The position numbers and the translations under genes are program-made. Shown piece after piece: positions 19,859 through 29,454 of a stretch of DNA of 64,000 nt. Every line of letters begins with the position of its first letter. Positions within the stretch are counted from its first letter, which is position 1. Source of the stretch: Pelagibacteraceae bacterium (lineage in GTDB: Bacteria; Pseudomonadota; Alphaproteobacteria; HIMB59; GCA-002718135); contig JAGFWP010000030.1 of the NCBI GenBank assembly GCA_017639935.1, positions 1,722-65,721 on the forward strand. Reading direction: 5' to 3'. The notes beneath the pieces are model-generated. The model searched no databases and was not told where the DNA came from. It saw only the letters and a program-made list of their open reading frames with translations.

Positions 19859-20989
19859 ATGGCCGATAAAGATTTCTATGAAATTCTTGGAGTGTCAAGA
19901 GACGCTGGTGATGATGAAATAAAAAGATCATACAGAAAATTAGCGATGAAATTTCATCCAGATCAAAATAAAGGAAATCAAGAAGCGGAAAGAAAATTTA
20001 AAGAAGTAAGTGCTGCTTATGAAATTTTAAAAGATTCTCAAAAAAGAGCCGCATATGATCAATATGGACACGATGCTTTTCGTCAAGGAGGTATGGGAGG
20101 CGCCCAAGGTTTCGGTGATTTTTCTAGTGGTTTTTCAGATATATTTGAAGAATTTTTTGGAGGAGGTTTTGGCTCATCTTCCCGGAAAAGACGCCCATCT
20201 AGAGGAAGTGATTTACGATACAATATGTCCGTCACACTTCAGGAAGCCTTTGGAGGAAAAAAATCCCAAATTAGAATCCCAAGCTATGTTGGCTGTGATT
20301 TATGTTCTGCAACAGGCAGCGCTGATAAAGCAGGACCCAGCACCTGCTCTTCATGCAACGGACACGGAAAAGTTAGATCAACGTCCGGTTTTTTTTCTAT
20401 AGAGCGTACATGCTCTTCGTGTGGAGGGGAAGGTTCTTCGATAAAAAATCCCTGTTTGAAATGTAGCGGAACAGGAAGAATTAAGAAACAAAAAACAATT
20501 TCTGTATCGATACCTGCTGGCGTTGACACTGGAACCAGAATTCGGATTTCAGGAGAAGGAGAGCCCGGGCAAAGGGGAGCGGGTAATGGAGATTTATATA
20601 TTTTTGTTAATGTACAAGATGACAAGCTTTTTGAACGCGAAGAGGAACACATATATTGTAAAATACCTATATCAATCACAACAGCAATTATAGGAGGAGA
20701 AATTGACGTTCCTACAATAGATGGAAAAAAGGCCAGATTAAAAATACCTTCTGGCACTCAATCTGAAACGCAATTTCGACTTCGAGGAAAAGGTATGAGT
20801 ATTTTGCAGCAAAATCGGCGTGGGGATATGTATGTTGAGACTAGTGTTGAAATTCCTGTTAATTTAACTAGCAAACAGAAATCCATTTTAAAAGAGTTTG
20901 AAAAAGAAGGAGGCACATCCAAAGCACACAGCCCTAAATCACAAAGTTTTTTTAAAAAAATAAAAGAAGTTTGGCAAGATTTTACTTAA
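19859..20989 (+). CDS. dnaJ: co-chaperone DnaJ
   Basis: It has a J domain (DFYEILGV...HPDQN), a G/F region and four CxxCxGxG zinc motifs. Confidence 0.98.
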   Translation: MADKDFYEILGVSRDAGDDEIKRSYRKLAMKFHPDQNKGNQEAERKFKEVSAAYEILKDSQKRAAYDQYGHDAFRQGGMGGAQGFGDFSSGFSDIFEEFFGGGFGSSSRKRRPSRGSDLRYNMSVTLQEAFGGKKSQIRIPSYVGCDLCSATGSADKAGPSTCSSCNGHGKVRSTSGFFSIERTCSSCGGEGSSIKNPCLKCSGTGRIKKQKTISVSIPAGVDTGTRIRISGEGEPGQRGAGNGDLYIFVNVQDDKLFEREEEHIYCKIPISITTAIIGGEIDVPTIDGKKARLKIPSGTQSETQFRLRGKGMSILQQNRRGDMYVETSVEIPVNLTSKQKSILKEFEKEGGTSKAHSPKSQSFFKKIKEVWQDFT

Positions 20990-21030
20990 TTTCTTTCCTT
21001 CTTAGCCTCTCAAAAGTATAAAGAAGTATT

Positions 21031-21837
21031 ATGAAACTAGTTAATATTGGAATCGCAGGATGCCTTGGCAGAATGGGCAGGGAACTTGTTAAAAAATCTA
21101 GTGAAGATTCTAGAATTAATTTTGTTGGTGGGTTTGAACACCCAGGACATAATTCAATAAATAAGAATTTATCTGAAATTTTAGAATGTGAAACAGACAA
21201 AACAGTTAGTTCAGACGCTGAAGAAATTTTTTTAAATTCCGATGCTATAATTGATTTTACCACACCCGATTCTAGTTTAGCAAATATTAAATTAGCCCAA
21301 AAAACAAAAACACCACTTGTAATTGGCACAACCGGTTTAAGTTCAGAAACACACAAATTTATATTAAATGCAAGCAATCAAATTGCGTTGTTTCAATCTT
21401 CTAACATGAGCCTTGGCGTTAATCTTCTTTTTCATCTTGTTAAAAAGACCGCATCTACGTTAGATGACATCAATTATGATATTGAGATTGCAGAGACACA
21501 TCACAGACATAAAATTGACGCCCCGTCTGGCACAGCAATAACCTTGGGAGAATTTGCTTCGAAGGGAAGAAAAAGAAATTTTAATGATATTAAAGTTTAT
21601 GACCGCACTAGTAAAACCAGCAAAAGAAAAACTGGCGAAATTAGTTTTTCCGTAACCAGGGGGGGGGAAATTCCAGGAGAGCACACTGTTAGCTTTATTG
21701 GTGAAAATGACAGAATTGATTTATCTCACAAAGCTTTTAATCGATCTATTTTTGTTAACGGGGCAATTGAAGCTGCATTATTTTTATCAAAGAAAAAAAC
21801 AGGCCTGTATCATATGGAGGACATCATTAAAGTTTAA
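21031..21837 (+). CDS. dapB: 4-hydroxy-tetrahydrodipicolinate reductase
   Basis: The motifs GIAGCLGRMG and EIAETHHRHKIDAPSGTA are present. Confidence 0.93.
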   Translation: MKLVNIGIAGCLGRMGRELVKKSSEDSRINFVGGFEHPGHNSINKNLSEILECETDKTVSSDAEEIFLNSDAIIDFTTPDSSLANIKLAQKTKTPLVIGTTGLSSETHKFILNASNQIALFQSSNMSLGVNLLFHLVKKTASTLDDINYDIEIAETHHRHKIDAPSGTAITLGEFASKGRKRNFNDIKVYDRTSKTSKRKTGEISFSVTRGGEIPGEHTVSFIGENDRIDLSHKAFNRSIFVNGAIEAALFLSKKKTGLYHMEDIIKV

Positions 21838-21851
21838 TATTTTATGAGATA

Positions 21852-22490
21852 ATGAGAATTGCAACGATAGAAAAAGTTTTCAACCTGCTTGCAAAAGATT
21901 ATCCAAACCCACAAACAGAATTAAAATACATAAATCATTATACTTTTTTGATATCTGTAATCCTCTCTGCGCAGGCAACGGATATTTCAGTTAACAAAGC
22001 AACAAGAAAATTATTTAAAATAGTAAAAAATTCAAAAGAGATGGTTGAGCTTGGCGAAACCAATCTAAAAAAATATATAAAAACAATCGGCCTTTATAAT
22101 GCCAAAGCAAAGAACATAATCAAACTTAGCAGAATTTTACTAAGTAAATATAATAATAAAATTCCTAAAGACTTTAAATCACTCATATCCTTGCCGGGCG
22201 TAGGAAACAAAACAGCGAGCGTATATCAAAATTCTATCTTGAGTGTGCCACGAATAGCCGTTGACACCCATGTTTTCAGAGTATCCAATCGGGTTGGCTT
22301 GACAAAATCCAGAACAGCCGATTTGACTCAAATTTCTTTAGAGAGAATTGTTCCAAAAAAATGGCTAATGACAGCTCATCACATCCTCATCTTTCATGGA
22401 AGAAAAATTTGCAAAGCTAGAAATCCATTGTGTAAAATATGCTCTGTTAACAAAATTTGTTATTACAGGAGAGAAAACTTACAGTCTTAA
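21852..22490 (+). CDS. nth: endonuclease III
   Basis: The HhH-GPD motif is LPGVGNKTA, and the C-terminal 4Fe-4S Cys cluster is CKARNPLCKICSVNKIC. Confidence 0.93.
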   Translation: MRIATIEKVFNLLAKDYPNPQTELKYINHYTFLISVILSAQATDISVNKATRKLFKIVKNSKEMVELGETNLKKYIKTIGLYNAKAKNIIKLSRILLSKYNNKIPKDFKSLISLPGVGNKTASVYQNSILSVPRIAVDTHVFRVSNRVGLTKSRTADLTQISLERIVPKKWLMTAHHILIFHGRKICKARNPLCKICSVNKICYYRRENLQS

Positions 22491-22516
22491 TTCATTTATC
22501 AATAAATAAATTTATA

Positions 22517-23020
22517 TTATGTTTTTTGAATTTCTTTAAAACATTTATTAATTTTTTCTTTTTCGTCTATTAGTTCTCCTTTTGTATTTCTGATTTCATA
22601 ATACTCGGCTTTAAGTTTTTTGACCTCCAAATTAAAATATACAAACAGTCGACAACTTGATGAATTAAACCGGACGGTTCTGGTATTGCCATCTTCACGA
22701 ATAAAATCAGACTTGCCAAAATTTTGGGTTAATTGATTTAAAGTTTTTCCTTGAATTTTGATTACGGCGGTTTCTTTTTGCTTTTTTATTACAGCCTCTT
22801 CTTTTTTCTTCGCAACAATGATTTCTTCTTTTTCTTTTGCAACATCTTCAGTTTTTATAACATCTTCGGTTTTTTCAAGATCATTTTGATTCTGAATAAC
22901 TTTTTGAATTGTTGTTTTTATGCTATCACCCGCTTTTGTAACTTCTTTAGCAATTTCAACAGTTGCACAACCATTTAGGGTCATAACTAACAAAACAGAC
23001 AATATGTAGATTGCTCTCAT
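22517..23020 (-). CDS. lipoprotein of unknown function (K/E-rich linker)
   Basis: It has a lipoprotein signal (VMTLNGC), a charged low-complexity middle (KTEDVIKTEDVAKEKEE...) and a small C-terminal domain. Confidence 0.5.
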   Translation of the reverse strand: MRAIYILSVLLVMTLNGCATVEIAKEVTKAGDSIKTTIQKVIQNQNDLEKTEDVIKTEDVAKEKEEIIVAKKKEEAVIKKQKETAVIKIQGKTLNQLTQNFGKSDFIREDGNTRTVRFNSSSCRLFVYFNLEVKKLKAEYYEIRNTKGELIDEKEKINKCFKEIQKT

Positions 23021-23050
23021 GGTTAAATGAATATATTCTGATTTTTTGAT

Positions 23051-23671
23051 ATGCTTACATTAATCAAATCATCATTCATAGATTATAAATTAACAATATT
23101 ACGCAATAAAAAAACACCCAATTCTCTGTTTAGGCAGACAATGAATGAAATCAGTTATTTAATCGCCGCTGAGGTATTAAAACATTTAAAATATAAACAA
23201 ACAAGCATTCAAACACCTTTAACAAAAACTAAGGGAAGAGACTTATCCAAGTCAGTTGTAATAGTCCCTATTCTTCGTGCAGGCTTGGGGTTAGTGGAGG
23301 GATTCGTAAAATTACTTCCTAGGGCAGAAAAAGGTCACATTGGCTTGTACAGAGACGAACAAACATACAAGCCAGTCGAATATTTATTCAAAATACCAAA
23401 AGTAAAAAATAGAATTTTTATCGTTCTCGACCCTATGCTAGCAACAGGTAATTCTTCGGTAGAGGCTATTAATTTAATAAAAAATTCTGGTGTGAAAACT
23501 TCAAATATTAAATTTGTATCTTTATTGGCAGCCCCAGAGGGTATAAAGAATCTTAAAAAAATACACCAGAAGCTTCATTTGTTTACATGCAGTGTTGATA
23601 AAAGGTTGAATAAAAATAAGTTTATCGTTCCAGGATTAGGTGATGCTGGCGACCGCTATATGGGAACATAA
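23051..23671 (+). CDS. upp: uracil phosphoribosyltransferase
   Basis: The motifs PILRAGLG, VLDPMLATGNS and PGLGDAGDR are present. Confidence 0.93.
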   Translation: MLTLIKSSFIDYKLTILRNKKTPNSLFRQTMNEISYLIAAEVLKHLKYKQTSIQTPLTKTKGRDLSKSVVIVPILRAGLGLVEGFVKLLPRAEKGHIGLYRDEQTYKPVEYLFKIPKVKNRIFIVLDPMLATGNSSVEAINLIKNSGVKTSNIKFVSLLAAPEGIKNLKKIHQKLHLFTCSVDKRLNKNKFIVPGLGDAGDRYMGT

Positions 23672-23768
23672 TTATGGTGGATTAATTCATAAAAAACCCC
23701 TTTTACCTTTTATTTTTTTGCCCTATTATCACCAATTTATTCAACAAATTTAATACTCGAGGAAACTT

Positions 23769-24749
23769 ATGAAAAAATTAATTGGTATTTTATCCTTATC
23801 ACTTGTTCTCTTGTTTTCACTAAATGTATATGCAGCGAAAGTTGCTGTTATTTATGATTCTGGAGGTAAGTTTGATAAGTCTTTCAATGAATCAGCTTAC
23901 AATGCTGCTGAGAAATTTAAAGCCGATACAGGCCATGACTATATGGATTTTGAAGCAGCTAATAATGCTCAAATTGAACAAGGCCTGAGAAAATTAGTCG
24001 ACAGAGGCGCTAATGTTATTGTGGCAATGGGGTTTGCAATGGCTGATGCCGTTGCTGCTGTTGCCGCAGAAAGTCCGGATGTAAATTTCACAATTGTTGA
24101 CGTTAATTGGCTACAAGGAGACAACCTTCAACAAATTGTATTCAAAGAACACGAAGGATCATTTTTAGTTGGAATGATTGCTGCTATGAAATCTCAAACT
24201 GGCACAGTCGGTTTTGTTGGAGGAATGGACATTCCTCTGATTAGAAAATTTCATGGGGGCTATGAGCAAGGAGCTAAATATGTTAATCCTAATATCAACG
24301 TCTTAATGAACATGACCGGAACTACTCCAGAAGCATGGAACAACCCTACTAAAGGTGCAGAATTAACAAAAGCTCAAATCGATAAAGGCGCTGATGTTGT
24401 TTACCAAGCAGCGGGCGGAACCGGAATAGGTGTTTTACAAGCAGCAGCTGATGCAGGAATATTTGGTATTGGCGTAGATGCAAATCAAAACTATATGCAT
24501 CCAGGCAGCGTATTAACTTCAATGCTTAAAAGAGTTGATGTCGCAGTTTATAATGCCTTTAAAACAACAGTAGATGGCAACTATGAAACAGGTGTCTTTA
24601 CTCTTGGTTTAGCCGAAGACGGTGTTGGTTGGGCATTGGATGAACACAATGAAAGCTTGATCTCTGATGAAATGAAATCAAAAGTAGAGCAAGCAAAAAA
24701 AGATATTATTAGTGGAAAAATAGTAGTCGCAGACGCATCTGCACAATAA
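23769..24749 (+). CDS. BMP-family (PnrA/Med-like) ABC transporter substrate-binding protein, probable nucleoside binder
   Basis: It has a signal peptide and a BMP-family pattern: VAVIYDSGGKFDKSFNESAY...GFVGGMDIPLIRKF..GY..GA. Confidence 0.88.
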   Translation: MKKLIGILSLSLVLLFSLNVYAAKVAVIYDSGGKFDKSFNESAYNAAEKFKADTGHDYMDFEAANNAQIEQGLRKLVDRGANVIVAMGFAMADAVAAVAAESPDVNFTIVDVNWLQGDNLQQIVFKEHEGSFLVGMIAAMKSQTGTVGFVGGMDIPLIRKFHGGYEQGAKYVNPNINVLMNMTGTTPEAWNNPTKGAELTKAQIDKGADVVYQAAGGTGIGVLQAAADAGIFGIGVDANQNYMHPGSVLTSMLKRVDVAVYNAFKTTVDGNYETGVFTLGLAEDGVGWALDEHNESLISDEMKSKVEQAKKDIISGKIVVADASAQ

Positions 24750-24768
24750 TAATATCTATTATAAAATC

Positions 24769-24820
24769 TGGTTGTGAGATCGTGGTTTAAAACATATTAA
24801 ATCATATGATCTCACAACCA
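24769..24820 (+). promoter_or_regulatory. intercistronic stem-loop covering the ABC ATPase start codon
   Basis: TGGTTGTGAGATC (24769-24781) is the perfect reverse complement of GATCTCACAACCA (24808-24820). With G-U pairs the stem extends over the ATG at 24806-24808. The loop is about 20 nt. It starts 20 nt after the stop of the binding-protein gene. Confidence 0.7.
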
Positions 24821-26332
24821 ATTCTAGAACTTCAGAACGTAAATAAATCTTTTGGCCATGTTCAGGCCAATAAAGACATTTCACTAAAAGTTAACAGGGG
24901 CGATATCCACGGAATTATTGGAGAAAATGGCGCAGGCAAGTCAACTTTAATGAGCATTGTCTACGGGTTTTACCAAGCAGATTCAGGTAATATAAAAATA
25001 AATGATAAAATAATTGAAATAAAGTCACCCCACGAATCTATTTTAAGCGGCATTGGCATGGTTCATCAGCATTTTATGTTGGTGGAAAATTTCACAGTTG
25101 TTGAAAATATCATTCTGGGTTTTGAGGGTGAATTTGTTTTTGGTGAAAAGTTGAACCAAGCAAAAGAAAGCCTAATGAAACTATGTGAAGATTATAATTT
25201 AAAAATAGATTTAAACGCAACAATTTCTGATTTATCCGTTGGTTTTCGTCAACGCGTAGAGATATTAAAAGCCCTATACAGAGGAGCTGAAATTTTAATA
25301 TTAGATGAACCAACGGGCGTATTAACGCCGCAGGAGGTAGATGAATTATTTAAAATCTTACGCTCCTTAAAAGAGCAAGAAAAAACCATTATTCTAATTA
25401 CCCACAAACTAAATGAAATTATGATTTTAACAGATAAGGTCACCGTGATGCGCCAGGGCGAAATAGTGGGAGAAAAAAACACAAAAGATACAACAAAAGA
25501 TCAACTTGCAGAAATGATGGTTGGGAGAAGTGTTTTACTTCGCATTGATAAAAGAAAACCCAATATTGGAGACACAGTTTTTGAAGTAAAAAACATTGAT
25601 GTGAAAGACAACCTGGACGTGATGCGTGTAAAAAATGTGAGTTTTGATTTACGAGAGGGAGAAATTTTAGGAATAGCAGGAGTAACAGGTAATGGTCAGA
25701 CAGAATTATTGGAAGCACTAACTGGCATTCGCCAGGTTGATAGTGGTGAAATAAAATTGTATGGTAACATCATCTCGAGCAAAAATATTTTTTTTGATCC
25801 GAGACAATTGCGAGAACAAGACGTTGCTCATGTTCCGGAAGACCGACAACGCATGGGGTTGGTGACAGAGTTTAATGCCAGTGAAAATCTTATATTTGGC
25901 TACCATCATCAACAACCTTTTTCCAAGTCATCAGTTATGATGGGAAAAAATATTTATAATCATTCAAAAAAAATTATGCGAGATTATGATGTACGACCAC
26001 AATCCCCCTTTTTGGTAACATCTAATTTTTCTGGAGGCAATCAACAAAAGATAATTTTAAGCCGTGAACTACATAAGGATCCTAAAGTTTTGCTGGTAGG
26101 GCAGCCAACACGCGGTGTTGATATAGGGGCGATCGAATTCATTCATCAACGCATTATTGATATGCGCGACAAAGGTGTTGCGGTTCTTCTTGTTTCAGTG
26201 GAGCTTGACGAAATACTTTCCTTGGCAGATCGAATTGTAGTGATGTTTGACGGAAAACTTGTAGGTGAAAAAGTAAATGAAAATGTAACAGACAGAGAAA
26301 TCGGCTTACTTATGGCAGGAATAACTAATTAG
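24806..26332 (+). CDS. ABC transporter ATP-binding protein (duplicated ATPase, CUT2-type)
   Basis: The first Walker A is GENGAGKST. LDEPT and a second degenerate P-loop, GVTGNGQTEL, are present, and LSGGNQQK is approximated by FSGGNQQK. Confidence 0.93.
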   Translation: MISQPILELQNVNKSFGHVQANKDISLKVNRGDIHGIIGENGAGKSTLMSIVYGFYQADSGNIKINDKIIEIKSPHESILSGIGMVHQHFMLVENFTVVENIILGFEGEFVFGEKLNQAKESLMKLCEDYNLKIDLNATISDLSVGFRQRVEILKALYRGAEILILDEPTGVLTPQEVDELFKILRSLKEQEKTIILITHKLNEIMILTDKVTVMRQGEIVGEKNTKDTTKDQLAEMMVGRSVLLRIDKRKPNIGDTVFEVKNIDVKDNLDVMRVKNVSFDLREGEILGIAGVTGNGQTELLEALTGIRQVDSGEIKLYGNIISSKNIFFDPRQLREQDVAHVPEDRQRMGLVTEFNASENLIFGYHHQQPFSKSSVMMGKNIYNHSKKIMRDYDVRPQSPFLVTSNFSGGNQQKIILSRELHKDPKVLLVGQPTRGVDIGAIEFIHQRIIDMRDKGVAVLLVSVELDEILSLADRIVVMFDGKLVGEKVNENVTDREIGLLMAGITN

Positions 26333-26335
26333 TTT

Positions 26336-27454
26336 ATGGTCAAAGCCGTTGATAAAACAAAAGTGCCTTGGTGGGTTTCAAATGCCGTAGTTCCGCTTGT
26401 TAACCTAACCCTGGCTTTTATTGTTTCAGGATTATTTATTTTTATCTCTGGAGAAAATCCTTATCAGGCTCTGAAGCTTATTCTTTATGGATCTTTTGGT
26501 TATCTGGAAGGAATTGGTTACACATTATATTACGCAACAAACTTTATTTTTACCGGTTTAGCTTTTGCCATAGCTTTTCATTGTCGCTTATTTAATATAG
26601 GAGGCGAAGGTCAGGCATATATTGGCGGACTCGGGGTTTTTTTATTCGCATTTTATTTTAGCGCCCTACCTGTATCAATCGTGTGGTTACTAGCAATCTT
26701 AGCGTCTATGTTGTTTGGGGCGGCTTGGGCAATCATTCCAGGATATTTGCAGGCATACAGGGGCAGCCATGTTGTTATTACAACGATTATGTTTAATTTT
26801 ATCGCATCTGCATTAATGGTGTTTTTATTAGTTGATGTAATTCGTGATAGAAGGCAAATGGGTCCAACCACAGAAGCTCTTGTTAAAGAACAATGGCTCC
26901 CGATGTTTAAAAACATTGCAGCTTACTTTGGATATAAAGTTGGTTACTCCCCCCTTAACATTTCTTTTCTTTTAGCTGTACTTGCTTCCTTCGGGGTTTG
27001 GTTTTTGATTTGGCGAACTAAGTGGGGTTATGAAATGCGCGCTGTAGGACACAATACACAAGCTGCTATTTATGCAGGCATTTCTCCTAAAAAAAATATA
27101 ATTTTAGCGATGGTCATTTCCGGAGCTCTTGCAGGCATGCTTGGTGTAAATGAAATTTTAGGCGTGCATCATAAAATTCTAGTGAATTTTCCTGCTGGAT
27201 ATGGATTTACAGGCATTGCAGTTGCTTTAATGGGACGTAATCATCCTATCGGAATATTCTTGGCCTCCCTGTTGTTTGGTATGCTCTATCAAGGAGGTTC
27301 AGAGGTTACATTTGATATGCCAAATATCACACGCTATATGTTTGTTGCGGTTCAAGGTGTTATTATATTATTCAGTGGAGCGTTAGAAAATTTATTTCGG
27401 CCACAGATTGAGTATTTTTTTGTCAATACTATGAAGCAAAAGGCAGTTACCTGA
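26336..27454 (+). CDS. ABC transporter permease
   Basis: It is a polytopic membrane protein located directly after the ATPase gene, of the BPD_transp_2-like type. Confidence 0.85.
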   Translation: MVKAVDKTKVPWWVSNAVVPLVNLTLAFIVSGLFIFISGENPYQALKLILYGSFGYLEGIGYTLYYATNFIFTGLAFAIAFHCRLFNIGGEGQAYIGGLGVFLFAFYFSALPVSIVWLLAILASMLFGAAWAIIPGYLQAYRGSHVVITTIMFNFIASALMVFLLVDVIRDRRQMGPTTEALVKEQWLPMFKNIAAYFGYKVGYSPLNISFLLAVLASFGVWFLIWRTKWGYEMRAVGHNTQAAIYAGISPKKNIILAMVISGALAGMLGVNEILGVHHKILVNFPAGYGFTGIAVALMGRNHPIGIFLASLLFGMLYQGGSEVTFDMPNITRYMFVAVQGVIILFSGALENLFRPQIEYFFVNTMKQKAVT

Positions 27455-28425
27455 TGGAAATAAGTGCAGATATAATTTCACTTGTCAGCGCCACCTTACG
27501 CATCTCAACGCCGCTTGTTTTTGCCGCTATGGCTGGATTGTTTGCAGAACGATCAGGGGTGATTGATTTTGGCTTGGAAGGAAAAATGTTAGCCGCCGCC
27601 TTTGTTGCGGCAAGCGGGGCGCACATATTTGGATCTGAGTGGTATGGCTTGGGATTAGCGATTGTGTGTTGTGTCGCGCTATCAATGCTTCATGGCTTTG
27701 CCTCTGTTACTCATAAAGGGGATCAAGTGGTTTCTTGTGTTGCCATTAATATTTTGATGATAGGACTTACAACCGCACTTGCAGCAGCCTGGTTTGGACA
27801 ACAAGGACTAACCCCAACACTCACTGATGATCGACGTTTTTTTGAAATTACTCTTCCTTTTGCTGATGCTGTTTCAGGAGTCCCCCTGCTTGGACCTATC
27901 TATTCAGAGATAATTAGTGGTCACTATATATTTGTGTATATCGCCTACATTTTTGTTCCTTGTGTTTATTGGGTTGTTTTTAAAACTCGTTTCGGTTTAA
28001 GACTTCGAGCAGTGGGAGAAAACCCAAGCGCCGTAGATACTGCCGGCATTAGTGTTGAATTAATGCGCTATAAAGCTTTAGCAGTAAACGGCGTATTGGT
28101 TGCTTTTGCAGGGGCTTATCTGTCAACAGCTATAAACGCAAATTTTTTTAGAGAAATGTCAGCAGGTCGTGGTTATCTGGCGCTAGCAGCGCTGATATTT
28201 GGAAAGTGGCACCCTAAAACCGCACTGATTGCATGCTTGCTGTTTGGTTTTGCAGACGCTTTACAGATTAGACTGCAAGGTGTGCCAATTCCCGGAATAG
28301 GATTAATACCCGTTCAGTTTATCCAAGCCATTCCATATGTTTTGACTGTTGTTCTTCTGGCTGGTTTTGTTGGCAAGGCAATTGCTCCTGGTGCCATAGG
28401 ACAACCTTATATAAAAGAAAGATAA
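27454..28425 (+). CDS. ABC transporter permease
   Basis: It is the second polytopic permease. Its start overlaps the previous stop by 1 nt (TGATG). Confidence 0.85.
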   Translation: MEISADIISLVSATLRISTPLVFAAMAGLFAERSGVIDFGLEGKMLAAAFVAASGAHIFGSEWYGLGLAIVCCVALSMLHGFASVTHKGDQVVSCVAINILMIGLTTALAAAWFGQQGLTPTLTDDRRFFEITLPFADAVSGVPLLGPIYSEIISGHYIFVYIAYIFVPCVYWVVFKTRFGLRLRAVGENPSAVDTAGISVELMRYKALAVNGVLVAFAGAYLSTAINANFFREMSAGRGYLALAALIFGKWHPKTALIACLLFGFADALQIRLQGVPIPGIGLIPVQFIQAIPYVLTVVLLAGFVGKAIAPGAIGQPYIKER

Positions 28426-28489
28426 TATTTTATTTTTTTACATACTAATATAATATTTATATAATAATTTAATATAAGAGGACTTGATT

Positions 28490-29014
28490 ATGAAAATTCC
28501 ATCAGTAACATTTAGAACAAGAATAGGAGATGATGAATCATTAGGAGGCGGTTGCGCAATTGGCGGAGAATGGAAAGACGTTACCACTGATGATTTGTTT
28601 AAAGACAAGAAAATAGTATTATTTTCATTACCTGGAGCCTACACGCCAACTTGCTCATCCCAACAGGTTCCCGGATATGAAGAGAATTACGATGAGCTAA
28701 AAAAATATGTAGATGAAGTTTATTGTATTTCAGTAAATGATTCATTTGTAATGAATGCCTGGTTTAGAGATCAAAGCATATCTAAAGTAAAACCCATAGG
28801 GGACGGAGAAGGCAAGTTTACAGAAGGAATGGATATGCTTGTAAACAAACCTAAACAAGGCTTTGGCATGAGATCATGGAGGTATTCTGCTTTAATAGAC
28901 AACGGCGAAGTTGTTAAAATGTTTGTTGAAGAAGGAAAAAATAATGACAGTAATGATGGAGATCCCTTTACCGTTTCTGATGCAAACACAATGTTGAATC
29001 ATTTAAAATCTTAA
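28490..29014 (+). CDS. peroxiredoxin, Prx5/PrxD type
   Basis: The motif FSLPGAYTPTCS carries the peroxidatic Cys. ATG at 28490 is preceded by AAGAGGA and is preferred over TTG at 28484. Confidence 0.88.
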   Translation: MKIPSVTFRTRIGDDESLGGGCAIGGEWKDVTTDDLFKDKKIVLFSLPGAYTPTCSSQQVPGYEENYDELKKYVDEVYCISVNDSFVMNAWFRDQSISKVKPIGDGEGKFTEGMDMLVNKPKQGFGMRSWRYSALIDNGEVVKMFVEEGKNNDSNDGDPFTVSDANTMLNHLKS

Positions 29015-29440
29015 AATTAGATTATTTTTACCCGGGACCCAATCTTTTGGGGCTAATTCAAAATCTTTAAAGTCAAATGGTGGCGCTACAGCGCATCCTA
29101 TTAAAGAATACTCACCTTTTGACTCCATACAAAACCATGTTCCGGCTTTAACAACATAGTGCAAAAAATGACCGTTTTTAACCTCTCTGTTCAAGGTTAT
29201 TTCTTTAACAGTGACTCCGTCATTTGACATAAACACCTTAAGGGGATCACCATTATAAAAATGAAGAATTTCATTTTTTTTTAATTTATGCCAATGAGAT
29301 TTCCCCCCTTTTTTTAAAAGATAGTAAATTAGACTAATATAATTATTTCTATATGATTCTTTGTAATGACCACCTTCCGGATGCGGAATCATTTCAAGTT
29401 TTTTTATTATTTCATCAACATTGTTCATATAAATAATCAC
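29003..29440 (-). CDS. cupin-fold protein, DUF985 family
   Basis: The N-terminus LEMIPHPEGGHYKESYR and the later SHWHKL are typical of DUF985 cupins. Confidence 0.7.
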   Translation of the reverse strand: MIIYMNNVDEIIKKLEMIPHPEGGHYKESYRNNYISLIYYLLKKGGKSHWHKLKKNEILHFYNGDPLKVFMSNDGVTVKEITLNREVKNGHFLHYVVKAGTWFCMESKGEYSLIGCAVAPPFDFKDFELAPKDWVPGKNNLILRF

Positions 29441-29454
29441 TAGCTGAACGTAGA

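Noticed and set aside
20284-20757. A 157-aa ORF antisense to dnaJ. Similar long antisense or alternate-frame ORFs occur at 20982-21377 (dapB), 38219-38608 (folP), 42230-42604 (deoA), 57169-57552 (EamA), 50039-50643 (fbpA) and 51287-51589 (fbpB).
   Set aside because: Each lies entirely inside a well-supported conserved gene on the other strand or frame. Their translations are low-complexity (S/P/L-rich) with no recognisable motif. They are best explained as stop-codon-poor shadows of relatively GC-richer coding sequence.
22841-22876. An 18-nt tandem repeat (AACATCTTCAGTTTTTAT / AACATCTTCGGTTTTTTC) inside the lipoprotein gene.
   Set aside because: It encodes the KTEDVI/KTEDVA repeat of a K/E-rich low-complexity linker. 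It is probably slippage-generated linker variation rather than a functional DNA element.
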